Shown here piece by piece: positions 39,543 to 49,478 of a DNA stretch of 64,000 nucleotides (position 1 is its first letter; each line of letters opens with the position of its first letter). The stretch lies in contig DASVVE010000063.1 of the NCBI GenBank assembly GCA_036386675.1, positions 2,279 to 66,278 of the forward strand, in the 5' to 3' direction. The translations under genes were made by a program, and so were the position numbers. Origin of the DNA: Chloroflexia bacterium. GTDB lineage: Bacteria > Chloroflexota > Chloroflexia > QHBQ01 > JADMIH01. The notes under the pieces were generated by a model. That model was given only the letters and a program-made list of their open reading frames with translations, made no database searches and was not told the origin of the DNA.

Positions 39543-41063
39543 CTAAGCCTCTGTGTCTGGGTGCACGCTCCACTGCGCCGGTATGAGGACGAGGCCCATG
39601 CGCTCGGCTACGCTTGGTGTGGGCTGTACAACGAAGCTGCCCGCGTGGAACTGGTGGTCCAGTATGTCGGTCATCTCGCTTCCCGTGACGGCTACCGTGA
39701 CAAAGTAGCGGCCCGCCAGCAGGGGCAGACGCTCAATATGGTAATCGACGTGCCCTGTGCCCTCAATGGCGGGAATGGGCAGCCCGGCGAAGCGAGTGTT
39801 CGGCCCGTTGACGTGGGTGCCGCCCTCTGTGTAGATGGCGACTCCAAATATGGGGTCTTCCACCCGGTCGTGGGCATGGAAGTGCAAACGTATGGTGAGA
39901 GGCTCATCAGTGCGGAAGACCTGGGAGGAGGCTCCACTGCCGTCGACGAAAGTGATGCCGGTGATTTTCACGTCAGCGCGCGGAGCGTGGGGCGGCGGAC
40001 CTGCCTGGCTGGGTTCGGTGGCAGCCTCCTGGGGCAGCATTTCCTCGTCGTCCTCCACCGTCTCCATCGCTTCCGGGACAGTGGGGGCAGCGGGCATATT
40101 TACCGGGCGGTTATCCTGCTCAGCCTTCAGCCGCTCGGTGTGCTTTTCGTTCTCATAGGCCAGGTAGCGGTCTACGACGCTACCCGCTGGCCCGTCGGCT
40201 ATCATGCGCCCGTGGTCCAGCCAGATGGCCCGGCTGCACAGCGAGCGCACCGCGTCAAGTGCGTGCGACACAAACACTATGGTGACGCCGCGCCTGCGTA
40301 GCATGGAGATATAGTCGAGGCATTTGCGCTGGAACGCCTCGTCACCTACCGCAAGCACCTCGTCTGTGAGCAATATGTCGGGGTCTACGTTGATCGCTAC
40401 GGCGAACCCAAGGCGCATGACCATGCCCGACGAGTAGTGTTTGATAGGTGTGTCTATGAACTCGCCGATCTCCGAGAAGTCCACGATCTTATCGTAGCGG
40501 GCCGCCATCTCCTTCCGGGAGAGTCCCAGCAGCGAACCGTTGAGGAAGATGTTCTCGCGGCCGGTCAGCTCCGGGTGAAAGCCGGTGCCAAGCTCCAGGA
40601 GGGCTGACACTTTGCCGCGCACCGAGACGCTGCCCGAAGTAGGCTCCAGTATGCGCGAGACTAGCTTCAGGGTGGTGGACTTACCAGACCCGTTCTCACC
40701 AATGATGCCGACGGCTTCACCGGCGTAGATGCTGAAGTTCACATCTCGCAACGCCCAGAACTCCTCGTTGGCGGGCCTGGGCATGGCGACTCCGCGCCTG
40801 GAAAGGGTGCGCAGCCCGAACAGGCTTACGAGCATGTCCTGGAACGAGCGTGGCCGCTCGTGGCGCAAGATGAACCTCTTGCTTACCTTGCTGAACTTGA
40901 TGACCTTGAGCGGCCGCTCGCTTACGTTAGACGCCCTTGAGTGCGCCACCGGCTGCGTGGCCGGGGCAGAGTCCTTGTGGCCGTTTGAAGCGCCGTTCTG
41001 GCCGTTCCCTGGGTCGGGACCTAAAATACTCTGCTGTTCGGGCTTTCCCACGGCGCTCGACAT
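39543..41063 (-). CDS. ABC transporter ATP-binding protein, polysaccharide/teichoic-acid exporter type (Wzt/TagH/KpsT-like) with C-terminal carbohydrate-binding extension
   Basis: Start at the Met at 41063 (SD GGAGA; 3 nt from the permease stop); GENGSGKST Walker A, LSGG-like YSSGM, LLTDEVLAVGD; ~200-aa C-terminal beta-rich domain as in Wzt. Confidence 0.8.
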   Translation of the reverse strand: MSSAVGKPEQQSILGPDPGNGQNGASNGHKDSAPATQPVAHSRASNVSERPLKVIKFSKVSKRFILRHERPRSFQDMLVSLFGLRTLSRRGVAMPRPANEEFWALRDVNFSIYAGEAVGIIGENGSGKSTTLKLVSRILEPTSGSVSVRGKVSALLELGTGFHPELTGRENIFLNGSLLGLSRKEMAARYDKIVDFSEIGEFIDTPIKHYSSGMVMRLGFAVAINVDPDILLTDEVLAVGDEAFQRKCLDYISMLRRRGVTIVFVSHALDAVRSLCSRAIWLDHGRMIADGPAGSVVDRYLAYENEKHTERLKAEQDNRPVNMPAAPTVPEAMETVEDDEEMLPQEAATEPSQAGPPPHAPRADVKITGITFVDGSGASSQVFRTDEPLTIRLHFHAHDRVEDPIFGVAIYTEGGTHVNGPNTRFAGLPIPAIEGTGHVDYHIERLPLLAGRYFVTVAVTGSEMTDILDHQFHAGSFVVQPTPSVAERMGLVLIPAQWSVHPDTEA

Positions 41064-41065
41064 GG

Positions 41066-41896
41066 TTATATCTCCTCGCCGAAGCTGCGGCTGGTGCGCA
41101 TGAAGAAGAGGTAGCCTGCAATCAAGATGATCGTGCACTCGGCCAGGGTGCGCAGCATGAAGAGGAGATCGGGGCTGCCCGCCTGGTTGTGGTAGAAGAT
41201 GTCGCGGTAGTTGGTGATGATTGATGCCATTGGATTGAGGTAATACATGAGCGTAGGAAACGCCGTGAGGCTCCTGGCGTCATAGATAATCGGCGTAAGA
41301 AAGAACCACGCGTTCAAACCGACCTCGACGAGCACACTCGTGTCGCGGAAAAAGACGTTGAGGGCTGAGAGGAAGAATCCAAGGCCCACGAGAAACACGG
41401 CCTGTGTCAGTATCAGCAGGGGCAGCCACAGCAGATGGCCGTTGATACATGCGTGCTTACAACTTGCGCTGAACGCATCGCCCGCCTCCGGTGAGCGGAA
41501 CGTCAGCATGAAAATCAGCAGCGCGGGCAGCGACAGCAGGTAGTTGATCATGTTCGAGGCGACTACCGAAAAAGGTAGGAACTCGCGGGGGAAATAGACT
41601 TTCTTTATGAGGTGCCCGTTGTTGACGATGCTGCCGAGCGTCCCCACAGTCGAGCTAGCGCACCAGTTCCAGGGCAGAAGCGCGCACAGGAAGAAGATGT
41701 GATACATGGGGACCGCGTTACTGGCGCCCAGGAGCGTGGAAAAGACGAAGGTGAACACCGCCATGAGCAGCAGCGGGTTCAAGAGGGACCAGAAGAAGCC
41801 GAGGAAGGAGTGTTTGTAACGGACCTTGAGGTCCCGTACAACCAGGTTGTACAGCAGATCGCGGTAGAGGATTGACTGACGTGCTCTTGCTAACAA
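41066..41896 (-). CDS. ABC-2 type exporter permease (Wzm/TagG-like)
   Basis: 276 aa, 6 TM; immediately upstream of the Wzt-like ATPase. Confidence 0.75.
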   Translation of the reverse strand: MLARARQSILYRDLLYNLVVRDLKVRYKHSFLGFFWSLLNPLLLMAVFTFVFSTLLGASNAVPMYHIFFLCALLPWNWCASSTVGTLGSIVNNGHLIKKVYFPREFLPFSVVASNMINYLLSLPALLIFMLTFRSPEAGDAFSASCKHACINGHLLWLPLLILTQAVFLVGLGFFLSALNVFFRDTSVLVEVGLNAWFFLTPIIYDARSLTAFPTLMYYLNPMASIITNYRDIFYHNQAGSPDLLFMLRTLAECTIILIAGYLFFMRTSRSFGEEI

Positions 41897-42074
41897 TATG
41901 AGGACTCAGGCGTGAAAAGTCTAGTATGCATTATTAACGTCCGAGCGGCTGCGCGGTTCTATCCCGGAATTATAAGAGGGGCACCGGGGGGTGTCAAGCG
42001 TTTTACCCAGTGCCAGGCGGGACGGCATGTGAGATAATACGTTTCGAAGGCCTGGCCGGGCTACCGAGGAGTGC

Positions 42075-43505
42075 ATGCATACACACAGACTAGAAGCAAA
42101 GAGCGAGGACCAACGCAGCCGCGAGAAGAACTGGGCCGCGCTGTCATCTATGCTGGTGGCGGTGCTCCTGACGGCAGCCAAGCTTGTCGCGGGCCTCATC
42201 TCCGGCAGCCTCGGCCTGCTGTCTGAGGCGTTGCACTCGGCTATGGACCTGGTGGGCACCGTACTCAGCTACGCCGCGGTGCGCATCTCCAGCAGACCGG
42301 CTGATGCCACTCACCCCTACGGCCACGCCAAGGTTGAGAGCCTATCGGCGCTGGTGGCCGTTGGCATACTGTCGATTACCGCGCTCGGCATCTTGCGGGA
42401 AGCTTTCGAGCGGATTGCCGGCAGCCACGTTGTGCCCCAGCAGAACTGGCTGGGCATCGCCGTGCTGGTTGTGGCGGTGGCGGTTGACTATTCACGCTCG
42501 CGCTACTTGAGGCGGGTGGCGGACGAGCATGGCAGCCCGGCGCTCGCCGCGGATGCCGCCCACTTCGCCACGGACCTGCTTGGTTCCCTGGCCGTCCTGC
42601 TGGGCCTGCTGATTGTGACGCTCGGAACGTTCCTGGGTTGGCCCTCGCAGGTGCTGGGGCTGGTAGACGCCTCGGCCGGGGCTTTGGTGGCGCTCATCAT
42701 ACTGGGGGTGGCGGGCCAACTGGCAGTGCGTGCCGTCCACGCCTTGACCGACCGGGTACCGCCTGGCCTCGTCAGTGAAGTGGTGGCGGCGGCCGAGGGC
42801 ACACCCAACATGATCGGCAAGCCCTCGGCCCGCGTGCGGTTTCTCGGGGACCGACCCTACGCCGATGTGTTGATAAACGTGGCGCGTGGCCTCTCGCTGG
42901 AACGCTCGCGAGAGGTCTCCGACGAGGTTGTCTCGCGGGTGCAGAAGATACTTCCTCATGCGGATGTCGTGGTGCATACCCAACCTGTAGCCTCTCAGTC
43001 CGAGAGTGCGGTGGAGGCCGCCACCGTGACAGCAGCACGCCTGGGGCTTGGCGTTCACCATGTACGGGCCTTCGAGACGCCTTCGGGCCTTCGGTTGGAC
43101 ATGCACATGGAAGTACCCGCCTCGCTATCGTTGCGGGAGGCGCATGAGCAGGCGGACCGCCTGGAAGCGGCCCTAACCTCGGAACTACAAAGCGCCGAGG
43201 TGCAGGTCCACATAGAACCACGGCATGAAGAACTATACCGCCTCTGGAAGGACGACGAGAGCCGTATCGTAGAGGCACAGATCGCGCGGATTACACGCGA
43301 GATTGACGGCGTGCACGATATCGAGGTTTTGAACTCGGATCAGGGACTTGTGGTGACCCTCCATTACTACATGCCGGACAACCTACCAATCGCAGCAGCA
43401 CACTCCAAGACTGCACAGATAGAGCAGGCAGTTCGAGATGCCCTGCCCGGCATTTACCGCATAACAGTCCATCCTGAGCCTCCGTCAGAGCTACATATCC
43501 CATAA
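42075..43505 (+). CDS. Cation diffusion facilitator (CDF) family metal efflux protein with extended C-terminus
   Basis: 476 aa; CDF TM signature (SLGLLSEALHSAMDLV…HPYGHAKVE) and a duplicated C-terminal cytoplasmic domain. Confidence 0.8.
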   Translation: MHTHRLEAKSEDQRSREKNWAALSSMLVAVLLTAAKLVAGLISGSLGLLSEALHSAMDLVGTVLSYAAVRISSRPADATHPYGHAKVESLSALVAVGILSITALGILREAFERIAGSHVVPQQNWLGIAVLVVAVAVDYSRSRYLRRVADEHGSPALAADAAHFATDLLGSLAVLLGLLIVTLGTFLGWPSQVLGLVDASAGALVALIILGVAGQLAVRAVHALTDRVPPGLVSEVVAAAEGTPNMIGKPSARVRFLGDRPYADVLINVARGLSLERSREVSDEVVSRVQKILPHADVVVHTQPVASQSESAVEAATVTAARLGLGVHHVRAFETPSGLRLDMHMEVPASLSLREAHEQADRLEAALTSELQSAEVQVHIEPRHEELYRLWKDDESRIVEAQIARITREIDGVHDIEVLNSDQGLVVTLHYYMPDNLPIAAAHSKTAQIEQAVRDALPGIYRITVHPEPPSELHIP

Positions 43506-43564
43506 AGCACAACTCCAAGCTAGTACTAACCACTTGACAGAGACAGGCTCAGCAAAATAGACTC

Positions 43565-45985
43565 ATGAGGACGACCCCTAAATTGCCCCTCCTAGTTAGG
43601 AACTCATCGATGTCGAACACGCAATCGATTAACGTTGTGACCCTTCGGTCACATGGTAGGGTGGTGGTCGCACTTCTCGTCGCAGTGCTAGGCCTGTTGT
43701 GGGCGTACTGGAGCGCTCCACGATACTCCAGCGCGGCACCTGATGACGTGATGGACGTGCGTGCCAACCAGGTCACTACCGCTGACCAGCACGAGCCTAC
43801 GCTGGCCGTGGACCCGACGAACCCCAACAATGTGCTGGTGGCCGCGAAGGACTGGCGGACGGGGCCGAAGCAGGTCTGGTACTATCGCTCCACAGACGGC
43901 GGGCGCACCTGGGCAGACGGCCACGTGGGCACAGGCGCGAGCGAGCTACCTAACGCCAGCGACCCCGTGCTTGCCTTCGCTGCCGATGGTACCGCCTATA
44001 TCTCCTTCATCGGCTACAACCAGAACGACCTGACCGTCGGCGGTATCTACGTCGCGCGCTCCACCAACGGCGGGGAATCGTGGGAGCAACCGAAGCTGGT
44101 GGCGGGTCACAACGCCGTAAATTTCCACGACAAAGAGTGGATCACAGTAGACCGGAGCAACAACCCGGCTACACGCGGCACCATCTACGTTAGCTGGACC
44201 CTCTTCTCCAGCGTGAACCCTCGCAGCGAAAGAGGGGACATTGTCGTCTCCAGGTCCATCAACGGGGGCCAGACCTTCTCCCCGCCCGTGAGGGTGAGTC
44301 TGCCCGCGCAGGACGAGACACAGGGGTCGTTTCCCGCGACAGGCCCGAACGGCGAGTTGTACGTGCTCTACTTCAGCGATAGCCCTGCCTCAACCGGGAA
44401 CCCCGGACGCGGACTCTACATTGCCAGGTCTACCGATGGCGGCGTTACCTTCTCTCAAGCTACCAGGATAAGCAACGTTTTGAGACCACCCAGTCCGCTC
44501 CCTGGCAGCGAATTCCGCATCTTCGTGCTCCCGGCCTTAGCCGTGGACCCCACCAACGGGTCGCTCTATGCCACCTGGAACGACTATCGTAATGACGACA
44601 GCGACGTGATGCTATCGCGCTCCACCGATGGAGGTGTAAGCTGGACTGCGGCGCAACGCGTGAACAACGACCCAGCACAGCCCCGAAAGGACCAGTTCTT
44701 CCCTGCCGTGATTGTGGGCAGAGACAGCGCCGTGCACCTCCTGTGGCTGGACCGCCGCGACGACCCAGCCAACAAGGTCTATCTGCCTTACTATGGGACC
44801 TCCACCGACGGCGGCGCGACCTTCACACAGGAGCCGTTGAGCCGCACCCCAAGCGACCCTACAATAGGCTTCCAGGGCACCCTCATCGGCGACTATATAG
44901 CGATAGATACCTCCCCGGACGGCTCCAGGGTTTACGCAGCCTGGGTCGATTTGCGCAACGGCGACCAGGACATCTACTTCGCCGCGTTTGGGGCTACGGA
45001 AGGTCCTGAGGGACCAGCCCCGGTGCCGACGCGGCCCGCGCCTGTTGCAGTGCCGTCACCACAGCCCCTAACGGGCTTCTTTGACGAGGCCTTCCTGCGC
45101 AAGTGGCAACGCACCGACCGCCCTGTCTTACTCGCCGTGGCAAGCCGCCCGTGGGTATGGGGGCCCGTAAGCTTCGCCGCCGCCAGCGAGCCTTACGCAC
45201 AGGGCCGCCGCGGCCTGAGGGACGTCCAGTACTTCGACAAGGCCCGCATGGAGATAAACAATCCTGCCGGAGACCCAACCAGCAGATTCTTCGTCACAAA
45301 CGGCCTGCTGGTCGTTGAACTGCTAAGCGGCAGGGTCCAGACGGGGAACAACGAGTTCGAGGCGGCCCGGTCACCCGCGCAGATTCCGGTGGCTGGCGAC
45401 GCCGACAGCCCGGAAGCACTGACGTACGCCTCGCTCGTCCCGGTGGCCTCTCTGAACGGCGATAAACGGGCCGCCGACAGGACCGGCCAGCAAGTAACGG
45501 CCGTGTTGGATAGGAGCGGTACCATCAGAGATGACCCGGCCCGTGCGGGTAGTATTCGCATCGTAAGGTACGAGCCTGTGCTGGGGCACAACATTCCCGA
45601 TGTCTTCTGGAACTTCATTAACCAAAAAGGCCCCGTGCAACTCTCAAGCCTCGGAGGGGCCACCAGTGCAGGTGAGGAAGGAGAGGGCAGCGAAGGCAGC
45701 GAAGCTGCGGAAGGTAGCGGCTCCAGCGTCCTCATGCAGACAATCCCGATGGCTGACGAGACAATTCTCGACTGGGAAGTGGACCTCGGCTACCCGATCA
45801 CGGAGCCATACTGGACCAACGTGAGGATAGGGGGCACGAGCAAGTGGGTGCTGGTGCAAGCCTTCCAGCGGCGTGTGCTCACCTATGTGGCCGACAATCC
45901 TCCAGGTTGGCAGGTCGAGATGGGGAACGTGGGGAGACACTACTACGACTGGCGCTACAACCAGGTAGGCACCGCCACCCGTTAG
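43565..45985 (+). CDS. Membrane-anchored/secreted BNR (Asp-box) repeat protein, sialidase-like beta-propeller
   Basis: 806 aa; N-terminal hydrophobic anchor; ≥6 Asp-boxes (STDGGRTW, STNGGESW, SINGGQTFS, STDGGVTFS, STDGGVSW, STDGGATFT). Confidence 0.75.
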   Translation: MRTTPKLPLLVRNSSMSNTQSINVVTLRSHGRVVVALLVAVLGLLWAYWSAPRYSSAAPDDVMDVRANQVTTADQHEPTLAVDPTNPNNVLVAAKDWRTGPKQVWYYRSTDGGRTWADGHVGTGASELPNASDPVLAFAADGTAYISFIGYNQNDLTVGGIYVARSTNGGESWEQPKLVAGHNAVNFHDKEWITVDRSNNPATRGTIYVSWTLFSSVNPRSERGDIVVSRSINGGQTFSPPVRVSLPAQDETQGSFPATGPNGELYVLYFSDSPASTGNPGRGLYIARSTDGGVTFSQATRISNVLRPPSPLPGSEFRIFVLPALAVDPTNGSLYATWNDYRNDDSDVMLSRSTDGGVSWTAAQRVNNDPAQPRKDQFFPAVIVGRDSAVHLLWLDRRDDPANKVYLPYYGTSTDGGATFTQEPLSRTPSDPTIGFQGTLIGDYIAIDTSPDGSRVYAAWVDLRNGDQDIYFAAFGATEGPEGPAPVPTRPAPVAVPSPQPLTGFFDEAFLRKWQRTDRPVLLAVASRPWVWGPVSFAAASEPYAQGRRGLRDVQYFDKARMEINNPAGDPTSRFFVTNGLLVVELLSGRVQTGNNEFEAARSPAQIPVAGDADSPEALTYASLVPVASLNGDKRAADRTGQQVTAVLDRSGTIRDDPARAGSIRIVRYEPVLGHNIPDVFWNFINQKGPVQLSSLGGATSAGEEGEGSEGSEAAEGSGSSVLMQTIPMADETILDWEVDLGYPITEPYWTNVRIGGTSKWVLVQAFQRRVLTYVADNPPGWQVEMGNVGRHYYDWRYNQVGTATR

Positions 45986-46060
45986 TCTCGTTTACATTGG
46001 ATGAAACACCAGTGACCCGGGACGCGAAGAACGCGCCGAACCTTAGGTAATGATTCCATA

Positions 46061-46105
46061 AAAAGAAGGCCAGGGTACACCGTTTGGTACCCTGGCCTTC
46101 TTTTT
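46061..46105. terminator. Bidirectional intrinsic terminator between convergent genes
   Basis: GAAGGCCAGGGTAC–8 nt–GTACCCTGGCCTTC flanked by AAAA/TTTTT. Confidence 0.55.
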
Positions 46106-46142
46106 ACTGCGATGCTTTGCTGATGTCCCCCGGCTCTCGGCG

Positions 46143-49100
46143 CTACGGAGTTACGCTCACCTGGGCACCTGTCACGGTAGCCAGGAGGTTCTGGCCGCCG
46201 TTGGTGAGTTGCATAAGGCTAGATGGGCCGGAGTGGAAACTGAGGGCGGTCGTGCCACCGGGCGGGGCTGCCACGACCCGGAACCGCAGCTTCGCCAGCA
46301 CCACCTGGCCGGAAGGAGCCTCTCCTTGCAACATGCCAGCTGAGAACCCGGCGGCACCACCATTGCCGTCGACCCAGTTGCCCAGGACGGAGGGAAGCGC
46401 CACCCCAGGCTCCATGCCGGCGATGGCCCCACCACTGGCGCTCACGGGCGTCAACACAGCCGGGTCGAACTTCATCACGAACGCGGCCCCATCGATGGGC
46501 TGCGTCCCAGTCTCAGCGAGTACCGCAACATCAAGGTAGTCACCCACTTGTACCTGGTCGGCAGACGTCCAGATCGAAAGGCCGAGGTTGCGCGCCAGCG
46601 TGTCCGGCCGCAGCCAGGGAGCCAGGACCTGGGAAAGAGATGGGGCCGCACTTGCGCTCTGGACTGTGAACTGTGTGTCAGCCGAGACATCTCCACAGCG
46701 GTCGAAGCCGGAGCGTAACAGGCTCACGTCCGACATGCTGACCTCGCCGTCGTTGTTCAGGTCGGCAGCAGCATCGAAGCCTTCCATGCCGCGGTGCGTG
46801 CCCAAGCGGGCCTGCACATGCGAATAGTCATCTACCGTGACACAGTTATCACCGTTGACGTCACCCTCGACCTGCATCTTCATGTCCAGTTCCAGGCTCG
46901 CGCCGGGTGTGAGGGAGATACTAGCGCGGGCGCTCTGGAGGCTGTGCTGCCCCTTTACGTGGACGTTATATATGCCCGCCGGTAGCCCTGTGTACTGCGC
47001 GACACCGTTACGGTCTGTCGCGCCCTTGAAGGAGGCCACAACTGCCGCGTTACCAGGGGTGCTAAGCTGAAGTGTCAGGGGCTGCACCCAGCTATCGTTC
47101 GGCGGCGCACCCCGGCCCAGCCACTGTACCCGTACGCGCAACTGTGCCGGCTGCTGCGCGGGCGGTGCCTGTGGGGAAGCGGCGGGCGCTGACGTGGCGG
47201 CGGGTGGTGTCGGCGCGCCAACCTTCTTCATTTCAAAGCCAAGCTGCGCGGAAGCGTCCAGGTTATAGTACTGCACGCGAATCTGGTGAGCGCCGGGAGA
47301 CAGGTCGGCCGTATAACGCTCCTGCTGCGGAGTCGTCCAGTGCCAGCCGTTCACCGCCAGCATATTGTCGATCCAGAGCCGGATGCCACTGTCGGCGCTC
47401 ACGGTGAACTCATAGCTGCCACCGCCCGTTTCTTCCTGCCTTGTAAACTGTGCCGACCAATCTCCCTTACCGGCACCCACGGCATACGGCTTCTGCTGGT
47501 CCGCGGACCAGGCAAAGCTGGGTGACGACACGTCCTGCACTGAGGCAGCATAACCAGGAAGGTCGCGGGTTGGAGCCAGTTGGGGCGAAGGGGTCTGGTG
47601 ACCGGCAAAGTACTCGGCTTTCCAATTAGGGAAGCTCTGCGGCCAGGGAGCGGCCTCTATCTTGTCGCCCTTCAATTGCAGCGAACCTCTCGCGAAGCCC
47701 TGGCGGGTCGAGGCCCCACCATCAACCGTGTAGGGGTCGGACGTGGGAGCACCGAGCCATTCGGGGCCTGGGGGCTGATGAGTGGCGTACGCGGTGGCGA
47801 GCGATCCAGCTAGGAGGTGTGCGCGACTCACGCCCATATTCGGCACCTTGAGCACGTCGAACACGAGCCAGCTATTACCTTTGCCATCTGCCCCGCTGAA
47901 GGGCTGGGCTATGACGTTATGCTCCGAAACGTAGGGCAGCCACCAACGCACCGGGCCTGCTGGCCTGCCCAGTGCCGCCATGCCACCGTTGCGCTCGAAT
48001 GCGTCACGAAATACCTGTGGGTAATCCGAGCCTTGTCCTACCTCAAAACTGGCAGGTACCGCGGTTGGCGCCGGTTGTTTGGCAGCGGGAGGTGCGGGAG
48101 GTGCGGGGGCTACGGGCGGACCTTCATAGCCGCCACCTGGAGGGGCAGGAGTCACGACCGCGTCGGAATAGTAGAACTGGATGAGCCAGCCCCAAGTGCG
48201 TCCCTGGTCGGCGTGCCAGGCGCTGCCCCATTGGGTCATATAGGGGCCGGGCCAGGGGCACTCGCCAGTGGGGTCCGCGTCATAGGAGCCTGCGCAGTAC
48301 TGCGCCTGGAACAGGGCACCCCCACGGGTCATGGCATAGTTGAAAGTAGTGTCAACGGCCTCATCGGTAGTTGAATAGCTGAGGTTGGGGTCATAGACCT
48401 GGTCCTCGGTATTGTCCTTCACATCCGCGCCCAGGGCGACTTGCTTGCCTCCACGCGCCACCCAGTACCAGGCGTAAGTTTTTACAGCCATCGCTCCGGC
48501 TTGCAGCGAGGACATCTTCCAGGTCGGTATCCACTCGGAAGGAAGCACGTGCTTTACATACTCGCGGAAGGGCACCACCTCGACCTGTCCGGTGGCGGTG
48601 CGGTAGACCCTGATGGTGGCGGGCGGCACCAGAGCCGAGTTGGCGGCAAGTGCGTCTACCTGTGCGAAGGCCCTGGCGAGTGCCATCTGATCCGGCGAAG
48701 TCGCGTCAGGCCCGGGTACGGAGAAACCCTGCGCAATCTGCGTCTCCAAGCTCTCACTAGAGGGCGAGGCAGCCATGTGCATGGCGGGCGACTCGCCGGG
48801 GGCGGGCAGCTTGGCGTGCAGGCGTAAAGCGGCACCGCTAAAGTACCGGGCGTTGGAGATAGACCAGCTTCCGTGGCCGTGGGCGCTGACCTGCACCGAC
48901 ACCGGCAATCCACGCTCGACAGATTCAGAGGCGGAGGTGCTGTCTTGTTGCAGCAAAGCCGTGGCAAACGAGAAGTAACCTTCAGCGTCGGTGGTGGTAG
49001 ATGCCGAGCCGTTCAAGACCACCTGTGCACCCACGATGGGCGCTGAACCGGCCTTGTCTTTCACCCAGCCTTCCACGGCAGGAGAACCCCCTCGAGGGGT

Positions 49101-49307
49101 GCTACTTTCCGCCACCGCGGGCAATGATGGAAACAGGTTGAGAGGGATCGCCTGGAGCGCGGCTCCGGTCAAAAAGCAAAGAGCGAGTGCGACACGTGCA
49201 GTCTTGTTTGCCAGGAATCGTCGCAAGAAGAGCATTGGCCCTCCATTGTTGAGCAGTGTGGTAGGGTCGCGATGTGAAGTGCTGTCATTGAGAAAAGGGC
49301 GCACCAA
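46143..49307 (-). CDS. Large secreted multidomain protein: CarbopepD_reg-like – SpoIID/LytB – PA14 – CarbopepD_reg-like – dockerin – cohesin-like
   Basis: 1054 aa; signal peptide; GWVKDKAGSAPIVGAQVVL…DAEGYFSF (carboxypeptidase regulatory-like); SpoIID/LytB motif LQAGAMAVKTYAWYWV; PA14-like (GIRLWIDNMLAVNGWH…); Pro-rich linkers; paired Ca-binding loops DVNGDNCVTVDD / DLNNDGEVSMSD (dockerin type I); C-terminal beta domain with cohesin-like character. Confidence 0.75.
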   Translation of the reverse strand: MVRPFLNDSTSHRDPTTLLNNGGPMLFLRRFLANKTARVALALCFLTGAALQAIPLNLFPSLPAVAESSTPRGGSPAVEGWVKDKAGSAPIVGAQVVLNGSASTTTDAEGYFSFATALLQQDSTSASESVERGLPVSVQVSAHGHGSWSISNARYFSGAALRLHAKLPAPGESPAMHMAASPSSESLETQIAQGFSVPGPDATSPDQMALARAFAQVDALAANSALVPPATIRVYRTATGQVEVVPFREYVKHVLPSEWIPTWKMSSLQAGAMAVKTYAWYWVARGGKQVALGADVKDNTEDQVYDPNLSYSTTDEAVDTTFNYAMTRGGALFQAQYCAGSYDADPTGECPWPGPYMTQWGSAWHADQGRTWGWLIQFYYSDAVVTPAPPGGGYEGPPVAPAPPAPPAAKQPAPTAVPASFEVGQGSDYPQVFRDAFERNGGMAALGRPAGPVRWWLPYVSEHNVIAQPFSGADGKGNSWLVFDVLKVPNMGVSRAHLLAGSLATAYATHQPPGPEWLGAPTSDPYTVDGGASTRQGFARGSLQLKGDKIEAAPWPQSFPNWKAEYFAGHQTPSPQLAPTRDLPGYAASVQDVSSPSFAWSADQQKPYAVGAGKGDWSAQFTRQEETGGGSYEFTVSADSGIRLWIDNMLAVNGWHWTTPQQERYTADLSPGAHQIRVQYYNLDASAQLGFEMKKVGAPTPPAATSAPAASPQAPPAQQPAQLRVRVQWLGRGAPPNDSWVQPLTLQLSTPGNAAVVASFKGATDRNGVAQYTGLPAGIYNVHVKGQHSLQSARASISLTPGASLELDMKMQVEGDVNGDNCVTVDDYSHVQARLGTHRGMEGFDAAADLNNDGEVSMSDVSLLRSGFDRCGDVSADTQFTVQSASAAPSLSQVLAPWLRPDTLARNLGLSIWTSADQVQVGDYLDVAVLAETGTQPIDGAAFVMKFDPAVLTPVSASGGAIAGMEPGVALPSVLGNWVDGNGGAAGFSAGMLQGEAPSGQVVLAKLRFRVVAAPPGGTTALSFHSGPSSLMQLTNGGQNLLATVTGAQVSVTP

Positions 49308-49478
49308 GGGTATGGCGCTGCCGTATCAGAACGATAGTAACCGAAGTAGGCACGCACGCACAATAGGCAATTTGTACTTATGTCATGTGGTACGCGTGGC
49401 TCACACGTGGCTGCGGGGCAGGGGAGAGGGGGTAAGTCCTAATACCTGCGTCACGTTCCATCTGATATACTGCCTCTT

